Shown: in pieces, positions 30,446 to 39,209 of the stretch
Layout: each line of letters starts with the position of its first letter
Position numbering within the stretch: position 1 is the stretch's first letter
Source: a candidate division WOR-3 bacterium
GTDB lineage: Bacteria > Hydrothermota > Hydrothermia > LBFQ01
DNA: 64,000 nt
Reading direction: 5' to 3'
Assembly: GCA_027050205.1 (NCBI GenBank)
Contig: JALUCS010000126.1
Coordinates: 5,004 to 69,003 of the forward strand
Program-made: the position numbers and the translations under genes
Notes under the pieces: generated by a model
Told to the model about the DNA's origin: nothing
Database searches by the model: none
Seen by the model: the letters and a program-made list of their open reading frames with translations, nothing else

Positions 30446-30446
30446 C

Positions 30447-30536
30447 CTAACTTTTGATCAAATAATATCCCCACAATCTCCTCCCCTCATCGTCCTCCAT
30501 CTCCTCAATCACCCCCGGAACCAAAATCTCCAACAT
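30447..30536 (-). pseudogene. 29-aa ORF or gene remnant upstream of the DUF3800 gene
   Basis: TATAAT then ATG; MLEILVPGVIEEMEDDEGRRLWGYYLIKS*; stop is 1 nt before the DUF3800 ATG. Confidence 0.35.
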
Positions 30537-30614
30537 CGCTACCGCTATTATACAGCCGAACCGTCGCCCTCAAACTGCCTCAAAGCTCTTCGCCTATGAA
30601 TATGCGGCATAAAC

Positions 30615-31835
30615 CTATCGTTGGAGAGTGGAAAATATATCTTCACAACCCTTAACCCTCCTTTCATAAAATTCTCTCTCAAAATATTCATCCTTAAGGT
30701 CATTTATAGGAACATATACTTCAACTGGAATACTTGCGTTTTTAAGGTAATTTACCATCACAGGACCAACCTGCTCCCATTTCAATCCCCCAAGACCACA
30801 CCCAAGGGCGGGGAAGGCTATTGATTTAACCCCTTCCCTCCTGTAAAACTTCAAAAACCACTTCAAACCCTCACATATCATCTTGAGATTGCTCTTTTCC
30901 TTCCAGTGCCTTTTTGTAGGAAAGAATAGGAACCACCTTTCGCCGTTAAGGCTCTCCGGCTTATAAAGGTAGGGCCTCCCTGGTCTTAATATTTTCCTTT
31001 TTACGATGTTTTGATACACCAGAAAGGCTGCCGGGTACATGTACTTAAAACGGCTTGCCAAACCCTTTCCCATAACACCGACAGTGTTGACGCTTATAGT
31101 TAATGTTTGCATCTCGCTATCAAACATATCACCTTCCACTATGTAAAGGTTTGGATAAATTTCCACTTTTCTGCGAGGTTCAAAGAATAAATCGGGGTCA
31201 ACAATAATTTCTATACCTTTAGGTAATTTTCCCACCATTCGTAAAACTTTTTTCTTCATATCTTCGTTAGGTACATAAATAGCCCGTATGTACTTTTTAG
31301 GCACCCTCTTGGGGATTAAGACCTCGGACTGTAGAAAGGTCTTAGGGAATAAGTACTCCACAGATGGGAATGGGAGCTTGCTTTTCTTAATAAAAGGTTT
31401 TATGTTTATTATGGCTTCACTTGAATACCAATCCCGTATATCTCGCACCTTCTCAAAGAGTTTTGTTAGATATACATCTCCAGAATCCAATAGAATTGAA
31501 TAATCACTCGCAGCGTTACCTATGGAAACTTTACTTCCACTTCTTTCGGATACTGTTGCATCTACGCCTATCACGAGTAGTTTATTCTTGCGCTTTTTTG
31601 ATAGTCTATACATCATAGCGTTCCTTGGATAGACGTAGAGATTCGCATATTTACTTAAACCCTTTTTTCTTCTTTTTTCAACTATCCCCTCATCTGCTAT
31701 ATCTATAAAATTCAAACCAAGTTTTTCAACCTCATCACGGCTCAAAATACCTGAGCGAAGTATAGATTCCAGATTCTCAATTCCCGTAATATAGTACAGT
31801 TCCCTCCTTCGGTCTCGCCTTCTTGCCTTTCTCAC
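30615..31835 (-). CDS. DarT (DUF4433) ADP-ribosyltransferase fused to a DarG-type macrodomain
   Basis: N-terminal YYIT..NLESIL..GILSR, PRNAMMY, GNAAS and QSEVLI; C-terminal GDMF, SVNTVGVMGKGLA, FPTKRHWK and FPALGCGLGGL. Confidence 0.85.
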   Translation of the reverse strand: MRKARRRDRRRELYYITGIENLESILRSGILSRDEVEKLGLNFIDIADEGIVEKRRKKGLSKYANLYVYPRNAMMYRLSKKRKNKLLVIGVDATVSERSGSKVSIGNAASDYSILLDSGDVYLTKLFEKVRDIRDWYSSEAIINIKPFIKKSKLPFPSVEYLFPKTFLQSEVLIPKRVPKKYIRAIYVPNEDMKKKVLRMVGKLPKGIEIIVDPDLFFEPRRKVEIYPNLYIVEGDMFDSEMQTLTISVNTVGVMGKGLASRFKYMYPAAFLVYQNIVKRKILRPGRPYLYKPESLNGERWFLFFPTKRHWKEKSNLKMICEGLKWFLKFYRREGVKSIAFPALGCGLGGLKWEQVGPVMVNYLKNASIPVEVYVPINDLKDEYFEREFYERRVKGCEDIFSTLQR

Positions 31836-33127
31836 ACCAGCCCCTCCATGTTGTGTGCTAACTTACCCACCAACTCCTTAGGTATCCTCCTCTTCGCTGT
31901 CATCAAGTCGTTGAGCAGAGCTTTAAAAACCTTTTCCAACGCCTCCGCTCTCCTCCTCTCGGCCTCTATTTTGTCATCTACGGCCTTCAGTATCTCGGCT
32001 ATGCGTTTCTGCTCGTGGAGAGGGGGAAGAACTAAAACCTGTTCTCGTAATATGCGATAATGACGATTATAACCTCTACTTGGAATTTTAAGATTTAGTA
32101 AGGCATAATAAAGGAAAAGAGGGAAGTATTTTTCGGTATTAGGTATTAAAATTTTAGTACCATCAGCTCCACGTACAAAGGGAAAATCTACGTACTTAAA
32201 TATACGAGTATGATCTCCAAAAACTATCACCGGAAGCGGTCCATAATAGACATCATCTTCGTTATTCCAGTATCCAGCGATTAGATTCTGCCCCTGATCA
32301 ACAATAGGGAATCGCCCCACTGGGAGGTAATTTTGCTGTTTAACTTTGCTAGTTTTTATTCTTTTTTTAAGTATAGCGTCCTCAAACCTCACCACCTCCC
32401 AGTGTTCCGGTATATCTCCCACCTCCGTTTCCTTCAACTTCACTTTATCAACCTCACCGAGAGGCACAGGGCCGTAGGTGAATAGGTGCTTCATCAAAGA
32501 CTTCTTGAGTTCCTTGAGAGCCTTTATAACCTCTTCCGTCTTCTCCTTCGCCTCCTGCACAGCCCTTAAGATGTAGGCGATGGCCTTCTGCTCCGGAATC
32601 GGGGGGAGGAGGATGGGAAGAGTTTTTATCCGAGACAAAGCCAATTTAGGTTGCGAAGTTTTAGTAGTTTGTGATCTTATGTACATCTGCCCCATTGGAC
32701 TAGCCAAGAAAAATATAAGAAAATTTTGGTCAAGGGATTGAGACAAAATCACAATTCTTGCGGCATTTTCTGTAAGGTGCGCCCCATCCAATTCATCCGG
32801 AATTCTTCCAACAATACCTATAGTTCCTGCAATTGAAATATAAACATCCGATTTTTTAATATGATAGCGCTGCAAAAGGCGATGTTGGTCCTCAGTTAGG
32901 TATTTCAAGTTATCCGTAGTTATTGAGAAATTCCTAAAATTTACCACACGGATATACGGATATTTAGTAGGACGCTCTGAAAATTTTTGCCCTTTAGGTA
33001 AGCGTTTCCCACCTTTAACCTCTACCACCTCCCCCAACCTCACCACCTCCCACTCCTCCGGTAAAGGCCCCAACTCCGTCATTCTGTAGCCGGGCGGTAC
33101 ATCATCCGTATTTGCTACTCTGCTCAT
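31832..33127 (-). CDS. hsdS: Type I R-M specificity subunit S
   Basis: Two TRD plus conserved-region units (LPEEWEVVRL / IPEHWEVVRF; PPIPEQKAIA / PPLHEQKRIA). Confidence 0.93.
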   Translation of the reverse strand: MSRVANTDDVPPGYRMTELGPLPEEWEVVRLGEVVEVKGGKRLPKGQKFSERPTKYPYIRVVNFRNFSITTDNLKYLTEDQHRLLQRYHIKKSDVYISIAGTIGIVGRIPDELDGAHLTENAARIVILSQSLDQNFLIFFLASPMGQMYIRSQTTKTSQPKLALSRIKTLPILLPPIPEQKAIAYILRAVQEAKEKTEEVIKALKELKKSLMKHLFTYGPVPLGEVDKVKLKETEVGDIPEHWEVVRFEDAILKKRIKTSKVKQQNYLPVGRFPIVDQGQNLIAGYWNNEDDVYYGPLPVIVFGDHTRIFKYVDFPFVRGADGTKILIPNTEKYFPLFLYYALLNLKIPSRGYNRHYRILREQVLVLPPLHEQKRIAEILKAVDDKIEAERRRAEALEKVFKALLNDLMTAKRRIPKELVGKLAHNMEGLV

Positions 33128-33135
33128 ACGGACAC

Positions 33136-33178
33136 CTCCTCCTTATCCACACTGCGGATTATAAAGGCGGAGGGCGTT
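33136..33178. repeat. 43-bp direct repeat, copy 1 (promoter plus first mntA codons, upstream of hsdS)
   Basis: CTCCTCCTTATCCACACTGCGGATTATAAAGGCGGAGGGCGTT, identical to 33817-33859. Confidence 0.95.
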
Positions 33179-33536
33179 ATAGATCATCCTGCCATCCCTC
33201 GTTCCATATCACACCTTCAAGCTTACGCTCAAGTTCGGGTATGTCATCCCTCACCGTCGCCCATAACACCCCAACATCCACACCGAAATAGAAGTGTATC
33301 AACTTATCCCTCGTCCTGGCTATTATGCTCCACTCAATTTCAGGATATTTTTCCTTCAATTCGGAAGAAACCTTCTTACTCGCTTCCCCCAGAATCTCCA
33401 AATTTCTGACAACGGCGTCTATAGTCCTCTCGTCCCTTAGAAAGTCCTTAAATCGCATACCCTCGGTATACTCCAAGATCTTCCTACACGCTATCAGCAT
33501 ATCAAGGACAAATTCCCTATCTCCCCTTTTATACAT
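33177..33536 (-). CDS. HepT-like (DUF86) HEPN ribonuclease toxin
   Basis: DAVVRNLEILGEA and RDKLIHFY (R-x4-H-x-Y). Confidence 0.9.
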   Translation of the reverse strand: MYKRGDREFVLDMLIACRKILEYTEGMRFKDFLRDERTIDAVVRNLEILGEASKKVSSELKEKYPEIEWSIIARTRDKLIHFYFGVDVGVLWATVRDDIPELERKLEGVIWNEGWQDDL

Positions 33537-33831
33537 ACTCCAGTTCCTTCTTTATCGCTTCTCTTACGTGTCTTATGCGTATGTTCTCCACTCCGTAAGG
33601 CGTTAGTAGGTCCACTTCCCTTTTGAACAACCTCTCAAGGAAATCGGCGAGGCCTATGAAATCCTTCAAATTTCCCCTGCGGTCTTCAAACTCAACAACA
33701 ATATCAATATCGCTATCCTCCCCCGCCTCCCCTCGCACTACGGAGCCGAAGATCCCTATCCTCTTAACCCCGAACTTCCTTATCTCCTCGTAATTCTCCC
33801 TTATCCGCCTTATGATCTCCTCCTTATCCAC
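33529..33831 (-). CDS. MntA-like minimal nucleotidyltransferase antitoxin
   Basis: FGSVVRGEAGEDSDID (GS-x10-DxD); overlaps the HEPN gene. Confidence 0.9.
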   Translation of the reverse strand: MDKEEIIRRIRENYEEIRKFGVKRIGIFGSVVRGEAGEDSDIDIVVEFEDRRGNLKDFIGLADFLERLFKREVDLLTPYGVENIRIRHVREAIKKELEYV

Positions 33832-33859
33832 ACTGCGGATTATAAAGGCGGAGGGCGTT
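33817..33859. repeat. 43-bp direct repeat, copy 2 (mntA promoter and start)
   Basis: Identical to 33136-33178; on the - strand it contains TATAAT-7nt-GTG. Confidence 0.95.
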
Positions 33860-34071
33860 CTACAGGGGAGGGTGGTGTCCGATATATGTCCGTTAATAGG
33901 TTAGAATGTAGTATCTCTTATTTTTCTCTGCTGTGGCCTTAGATAGTCCTTTTACAAATATCTAAAAATAATTCCAATAATTGAAATTTACAATTTCTAG
34001 GCTTTTTTGGATACCTCTCTTAAACTCTATCATCCGATTTTAATTTTTAGAACACCAAATGTTAAATATTC

Positions 34072-35103
34072 TTAGAATGGTAAATTATTGGAATCAAAGT
34101 CGGGTTCATCAAGAATTCCTGGATTTAAAAGGTCATTTAGCAGCTCAAGGTCACTGGAATCTATTTTATCCTCATTACCTTTGATTATTTTTAATATAAA
34201 TTCCATAACATCGGTATCATTAATTATCCAATATATCTGATTATTTGATACATATGCAGCCGCGATTGCTCTTATCTGATCCTCTGAAAATTCATCATAT
34301 TTATTTAATTTTGCTATTATTTCATGGGTTTCAGCAAACGATCTACTATTTAATAATCTCTTTATTAAGATTTCTTTTTCTAGCTCACTTGCTAATTTAA
34401 TATTTGGGAAATTATCCCTGAAAAACTGTGATAGGCTTTTATAGAATATTATATTTGAATTTTTCTTTTCCTGCCATTCCTCAAATAAAAAAGTGTTAAA
34501 ACTATCCTTATCAATAGGAGAAATAAAGTCCTTATCATCTGATATAAAATATAAGTTTTCACCATTAGGCACTTTTTCAAGTAAAACTTCCCAATTTAAA
34601 GCATCCCCCAAACTTCCTTTTTTTCCTGGAGGATTACCTCTTTCTATACGTATACGTGCTTTTTCTATAATTTCATCATCCGTTTTCAAAATTTCGGATA
34701 GTTCAAAAATTTGCTGTATTATATAATCTGCTTTAAGATCTTTATTTCTAATATCTTCACGAATATTCAGTATCAGCTCGTTATATAATTTTTCACATTC
34801 CTTAAGTAATTTTATAAGCACTTTATACTCCTTATAATCCTTGCAATATTGAGGAAATTCCAACTTGAATTTTTTATTTTGCTTACGAAGCTTGTCGAAT
34901 GAAGAAGCTATTTTGTTTTCTCTGTTTCTATAAAATTCTTGAACGACCTGTTCCGGTAGAAATAATTTTATTTCCCCTTCACTACTTTCTAATAATGCTA
35001 TTAATTTTTTAAGCTCCTCTAAATCTTCGCTGGTGAAATGATAAAAGGCTAGGAAAATATTTGTATCTATAAATAGATTTATCCTACCCCTTTCATCTTC
35101 CAT
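34072..35103 (-). CDS. PIN-domain protein (DUF4935/PIN_12-like)
   Basis: FIDTNIFL, QEFYRNR, GDALNW and ISDDKDF motifs; very AT-rich. Confidence 0.8.
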   Translation of the reverse strand: MEDERGRINLFIDTNIFLAFYHFTSEDLEELKKLIALLESSEGEIKLFLPEQVVQEFYRNRENKIASSFDKLRKQNKKFKLEFPQYCKDYKEYKVLIKLLKECEKLYNELILNIREDIRNKDLKADYIIQQIFELSEILKTDDEIIEKARIRIERGNPPGKKGSLGDALNWEVLLEKVPNGENLYFISDDKDFISPIDKDSFNTFLFEEWQEKKNSNIIFYKSLSQFFRDNFPNIKLASELEKEILIKRLLNSRSFAETHEIIAKLNKYDEFSEDQIRAIAAAYVSNNQIYWIINDTDVMEFILKIIKGNEDKIDSSDLELLNDLLNPGILDEPDFDSNNLPF

Positions 35104-35141
35104 GTCTCACCAACTATTATATCCCTGAAGCACTTCCAATT

Positions 35142-35549
35142 TCATCTGAGAACCACATAAACGTAATAGGGTGGTTTCTCCTTGATGTCGCGTGGTTTCT
35201 CAATGCCAACATCGCCCTCGTCCAGGATATCCATCAGAATGCTTTCGGCATAGTACCGGATAAGTTCGTCTTCAACCTCGTGGGCATAGCGTAGACTGGT
35301 CGTCCTATAAACCACCACGGCCTTATCAAACTCCCCCGCATATCGGGGAAGCTCCTCCTCCGGGGATGATGTCCGGCCTACGTACATCTGAAGGTAAAGG
35401 TTAGAATTTATAAGCCGGGTGATGCGACGTTTTATCTTCGGGAGGACCTCTTTAGGACGGCCGGTATAGATGGAGTAAATCGTCGGTATGTATCTTGTGC
35501 TTGCAAAGGCTATGAGGATGGCGAGAAATTCTTCAAACGTCAGCTCCAT
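35142..35549 (-). CDS. Hypothetical protein, GIY-YIG-like
   Basis: MYVGRTSSP...AHEVEDELIRYY...YYVYVV. Start moved to ATG 35549, 6 nt after TATAAT. Confidence 0.5.
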   Translation of the reverse strand: MELTFEEFLAILIAFASTRYIPTIYSIYTGRPKEVLPKIKRRITRLINSNLYLQMYVGRTSSPEEELPRYAGEFDKAVVVYRTTSLRYAHEVEDELIRYYAESILMDILDEGDVGIEKPRDIKEKPPYYVYVVLR

Positions 35550-35597
35550 ATGTGCATTATAAGACCGACTGTCGAGTAGAAGACCCCCCCAAGGCCG

Positions 35598-35623
35598 TAT
35601 TGCTCCGGTATACCGGAGCAATA
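35598..35623. repeat. Perfect 26-bp copy of the dif-associated palindrome
   Basis: TATTGCTCCGGTATACCGGAGCAATA. Confidence 0.85.
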
Positions 35624-36208
35624 AATCGTTTTATTTGGATATGATGATACTTCTTAATAATTTAGAAACGAAACGGCCCCTTGGATATTACGCCGATAGA
35701 ATACCGCCGTCACTGTTCAATCCGAACCTGGCCGTTGATCTTTAGGGTGTCGCGGAGTTCTCACAGTTTAAACGGAAATTTGGGATTAAGCCGATAGAGG
35801 GAGTCATCCACCGTCCGCATAGGCTCATAGAACTACTGAACTTTTTGGTCATATGAAAATGCTTCGTAAAAATGGTGAAAATACGCAGTTGTTGGCATTA
35901 AGTTGTGTAAAATCTAAATATATCTTAAGGATTATGAAACTCTTTGATTTTCCTGTTTGACAGGACTATATTACAATCGCTATTCTATCATCAGAATCCC
36001 CAAATCTTGGACCGCATCAAGTGATAGCCTCACCTTTAGACGGAAATCGTTTTGGCGTATGCAATACAAAAAACTTTCCACATTGGGAAATGAATCGCCC
36101 TATCAGCCGAATACCCCGATCCTTTATCGGCGGGAAAGACCTTCATCCTGCCGCTCGTATCATCCGATTCGCTGAATCCCCCATCGGTGTCCTATTGCGG
36201 AAGGTTTC

Positions 36209-37063
36209 CTACCTGTACTTGCCTTCGTACAGCCCCTTTACGAATATGTGCTTGAGGGTATCCCCTACGGAGTACGCCCGGATGTAGTCCCCGGCGACCT
36301 CTATGGTGGAGCCTCCCTCCCTGTACTCCACCTTCGCCGAGTCCCTGAAGATTACGTATTGTACGTAGCCGTCCTTGAAGGTTATCTCCACCGTCCGGGA
36401 GGTCCCTTGGCCGTTCTCCCACTCCACGCGGGCGTTCCCGAAGATCTTCAGGCTCTTGAGGGTGGTATCGGCCATAACGACCCGGAAGGTGTCGCCTGTC
36501 GCCTTGAACCTCTTGGACTCCGCCACCACGTCCCCTACCCCGAAGGTGGTATCCCTGTGGAGTACGAAGAGGTCCGCCCTTATCTCCACGGTGTCCCTGC
36601 GGAGTATCTTGGCGTAGGCGTCCCCCATCACGTACCCGAAGGCCTCCTTTCCGTCGTAGAAGGCGCTGTCCCCCTCAACGATTATCCCCTTCGTCTTGGA
36701 CTCAACGTACACGTTCCCCACCACCCAGGTGGAGTCCCCCCTGGCTACGATCTTGTCCCCGGAGACCTTCCTGTAGGAGTCCTCAAAGTACGCGTCCCCG
36801 ATGAGGCGTAGGAGGCGGTTCTTCCGCCTGTAGTATAGGCTGTCGGCCTTCATCTTCAGGTGGCTTGAGGTTATATCGGCACGGTAGAGCCTCACTATCC
36901 CCGCCCCCTCGTAATACACCCCCCTACTCCCCCTGATGTCATAGTCCCTCGTCTTGACCTTGACGCCCTTGCCGAGTATATAGACCGTTTCCCCACCCTT
37001 GAAGAGGACGGTCATTGAGCCGGCGCTGAAGGTGAACCTACCGGAGAGGAGAATGAGGAACAC
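36209..37063 (-). CDS. LptA/OstA-like beta-jellyroll periplasmic protein
   Basis: Repeated ADSLYY / GDSAFY / GNVYVE / GDVVAE units. Confidence 0.65.
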   Translation of the reverse strand: MFLILLSGRFTFSAGSMTVLFKGGETVYILGKGVKVKTRDYDIRGSRGVYYEGAGIVRLYRADITSSHLKMKADSLYYRRKNRLLRLIGDAYFEDSYRKVSGDKIVARGDSTWVVGNVYVESKTKGIIVEGDSAFYDGKEAFGYVMGDAYAKILRRDTVEIRADLFVLHRDTTFGVGDVVAESKRFKATGDTFRVVMADTTLKSLKIFGNARVEWENGQGTSRTVEITFKDGYVQYVIFRDSAKVEYREGGSTIEVAGDYIRAYSVGDTLKHIFVKGLYEGKYR

Positions 37064-37066
37064 GCC

Positions 37067-37648
37067 CTATTTTACGGTCGCCCTGCCCACGAAGTAGCCT
37101 ATGGAGAAGCCGAGGCCGGCGCCCAAGAGGACGTCCGAGAGCCAGTGCCTGTCTAGGTATATCCTCGCCGCCCCTACCCCGGTCGCTAAGGCCAGGCTCC
37201 CCCACCTCACCCAGGGGTTCCGGCTGCGGGCGAAGAGGTAGCCAGCGGAGGAGAAGGCGACGGAGGTATGACCGGAGGGGAGGGAGTTGAAGTCGTCGTC
37301 AAGGCTGAAGGGGCGGAAGTAGGTTGCCCCCTTACCCACGCCCGGCCTGGCCCTCCCTATCGCCACCTTGAGGCCGAGGGTGGTTATACCGGTTATGAGG
37401 AAGGAGACTTCCCCCCACTTACCGAGGGAGTAGAGGGCGTCGTCCTTGAGGAGGTATCCGGTGAGGGCGACCCCCGCCCAGCCGAGGGCGTGGACCTTCC
37501 CGTCCCCCAAGGGATTGATGGCATGGAAGAGGAGGTCCAGATTTCGGGACCTATGGCTCTGGACGTACCCCCTCAAAGACTCGTCCGCCGTATATACGGC
37601 TACGGGTGTCAGAAGGAGGGAGGTGCCGAGGACTAAGCCCTCAACCAT
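37067..37648 (-). CDS. PAP2 family phosphatase
   Basis: K-x4-RARP, PSGH and ARIYLDRHWLSD motifs. Confidence 0.9.
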   Translation of the reverse strand: MVEGLVLGTSLLLTPVAVYTADESLRGYVQSHRSRNLDLLFHAINPLGDGKVHALGWAGVALTGYLLKDDALYSLGKWGEVSFLITGITTLGLKVAIGRARPGVGKGATYFRPFSLDDDFNSLPSGHTSVAFSSAGYLFARSRNPWVRWGSLALATGVGAARIYLDRHWLSDVLLGAGLGFSIGYFVGRATVK

Positions 37649-38421
37649 ACCTGCCTCCGTCTCACCGACCAGACTGCGGCGAAGACCAGGAAGGATAGGG
37701 CGGTGGTGGTGGCGCCGTAGGGGAGGTCCAGGTAGAAGGAGAGGGCGTAGCCGGAGAGGGAGAGGAGGAGGGAGATGAGGCCGCTCATAAGGAGGGATAG
37801 GAGAAAGCCCCGAAAGAGCATAAAGGAGAGGAGGGCGGGGACGACCACTAAGGAGGTCGTGAGGATGGAGCCGAAGACCCGGAGGACGAAGATTATCGTC
37901 AGGGTCTCAAAGAGGAGGAGGAGGGCGTGGTAGATGCCTACGGGGAACCTCTCGGCGGCGGCTATCTCCTCGCTGAAGAGGTAGACCTTGAGGCCGTTGT
38001 AGAGGAAGGCGAAGCCCAAGACCCCGATGAGGAGGAGCAGGAGGATGGCGGCCACGTTCCCCCAGGTTGCGAGGGTGACGTTGCCGAACATATACGACCA
38101 CAGGAGGTTGGCGTACCCCCTGTAGAAGCGGAGGGCTATCGCCCCGACGCTCATTAAAAAGGAGAAGGTGAGGCCGATTATGGCGTCCCTCGGCAACCTC
38201 CTACCGAAGAGGTATATCCCAAGGCCCATCAGGAGGCCGAAGGTGAGTCCGCCGAGGGTAGGGTTGAGGCCGAGGACCACGGCGAAGGCTATACCTCCGA
38301 ACATAGCGTGGGCCACCCCCGTAGCAGCGAAGGCCATATTCCGGGCGACGACGAAGAAGGAGGCGAAGCCGAGGAGAAGCCCCCCGGACAGCACGGCTGC
38401 GATGTGGAGGAGCATGCTCAA
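37633..38421 (-). CDS. Metal (Zn/Mn) ABC transporter permease
   Basis: GVAHAMFGGIA, YMFGNV and LPYGAT motifs; hydrophobic throughout. Confidence 0.85.
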   Translation of the reverse strand: MSMLLHIAAVLSGGLLLGFASFFVVARNMAFAATGVAHAMFGGIAFAVVLGLNPTLGGLTFGLLMGLGIYLFGRRLPRDAIIGLTFSFLMSVGAIALRFYRGYANLLWSYMFGNVTLATWGNVAAILLLLLIGVLGFAFLYNGLKVYLFSEEIAAAERFPVGIYHALLLLFETLTIIFVLRVFGSILTTSLVVVPALLSFMLFRGFLLSLLMSGLISLLLSLSGYALSFYLDLPYGATTTALSFLVFAAVWSVRRRQVWLRA

Positions 38422-39209
38422 AATATCCTGACGTTGAGGTTTATGTACCTACCCGGATTGCGGCGTATGTCCTCTATGAGCGCCCGCAGCTCCTTGACGG
38501 TCAGGTTCAACTCGTTGTAGAGGGAGTCCTCGGTCATCAGCCTCTGAACGGTACCGTCCGCCCTGACGAAAGAGTCCACGACGGCGGCCGTCTCGTCCAA
38601 CCTGTTGGCCACCTGAAGTATCTGGTAGGATACGGCGTCCACCTTGGCGTTGGCGTTGTCTGCCAGGTCCTTAGTGGAGGCCACCAACTCCCTTAGGTCC
38701 CGGCTAAGGGCCACCAACTCCCTCTGGGTGCGGAGGAGAAGGACGTTGGCGTTCCTTAGGGTGGTATCCGTGCGGGCCGAGATCCTCTCAAAGCTCTGTA
38801 GGATGCGGTCTATGAGGAAGACGAAGTCCGTAAAGGTAGGCGTCTCCTCTCCCTTTATCAGTGAGCCTTCGGGCAGGAAGTCCCCCTTTCCTTGATAAAC
38901 GGCGAGCTTGCGGTTGCCCACCACCCCCTCGTTCTCTATGCGGGCGTAGGCCCCCCTCCGGAGCCTTATCCCCTCGGTGTAGAAGCGTATGATGACGCTG
39001 TCGGTGTATATCTCTATCCGCTCTATCCTCCCGACGTTCACTCCCTGGAGGCTGACGGGGTCCCCGTTTCCGAGGAAGCCCGCCGTCCTGAAGACCGCCC
39101 CGTAGTGATACTTCCTCTTCAGGGAGAAACCCTTGAGCCAAAGGAGGCCGGCCGCCCCTATCCCGAGTGCGAGGAGCAGGAAGAAGGCGGCCTTGAGCTT
39201 CTCCATCAC
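38418..39209 (-). CDS. MlaD/MCE family protein
   Basis: N-terminal TM; GDPVSLQGVNVGRI; C-terminal DIRRNPGRYI. Confidence 0.85.
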   Translation of the reverse strand: MMEKLKAAFFLLLALGIGAAGLLWLKGFSLKRKYHYGAVFRTAGFLGNGDPVSLQGVNVGRIERIEIYTDSVIIRFYTEGIRLRRGAYARIENEGVVGNRKLAVYQGKGDFLPEGSLIKGEETPTFTDFVFLIDRILQSFERISARTDTTLRNANVLLLRTQRELVALSRDLRELVASTKDLADNANAKVDAVSYQILQVANRLDETAAVVDSFVRADGTVQRLMTEDSLYNELNLTVKELRALIEDIRRNPGRYINLNVRIF

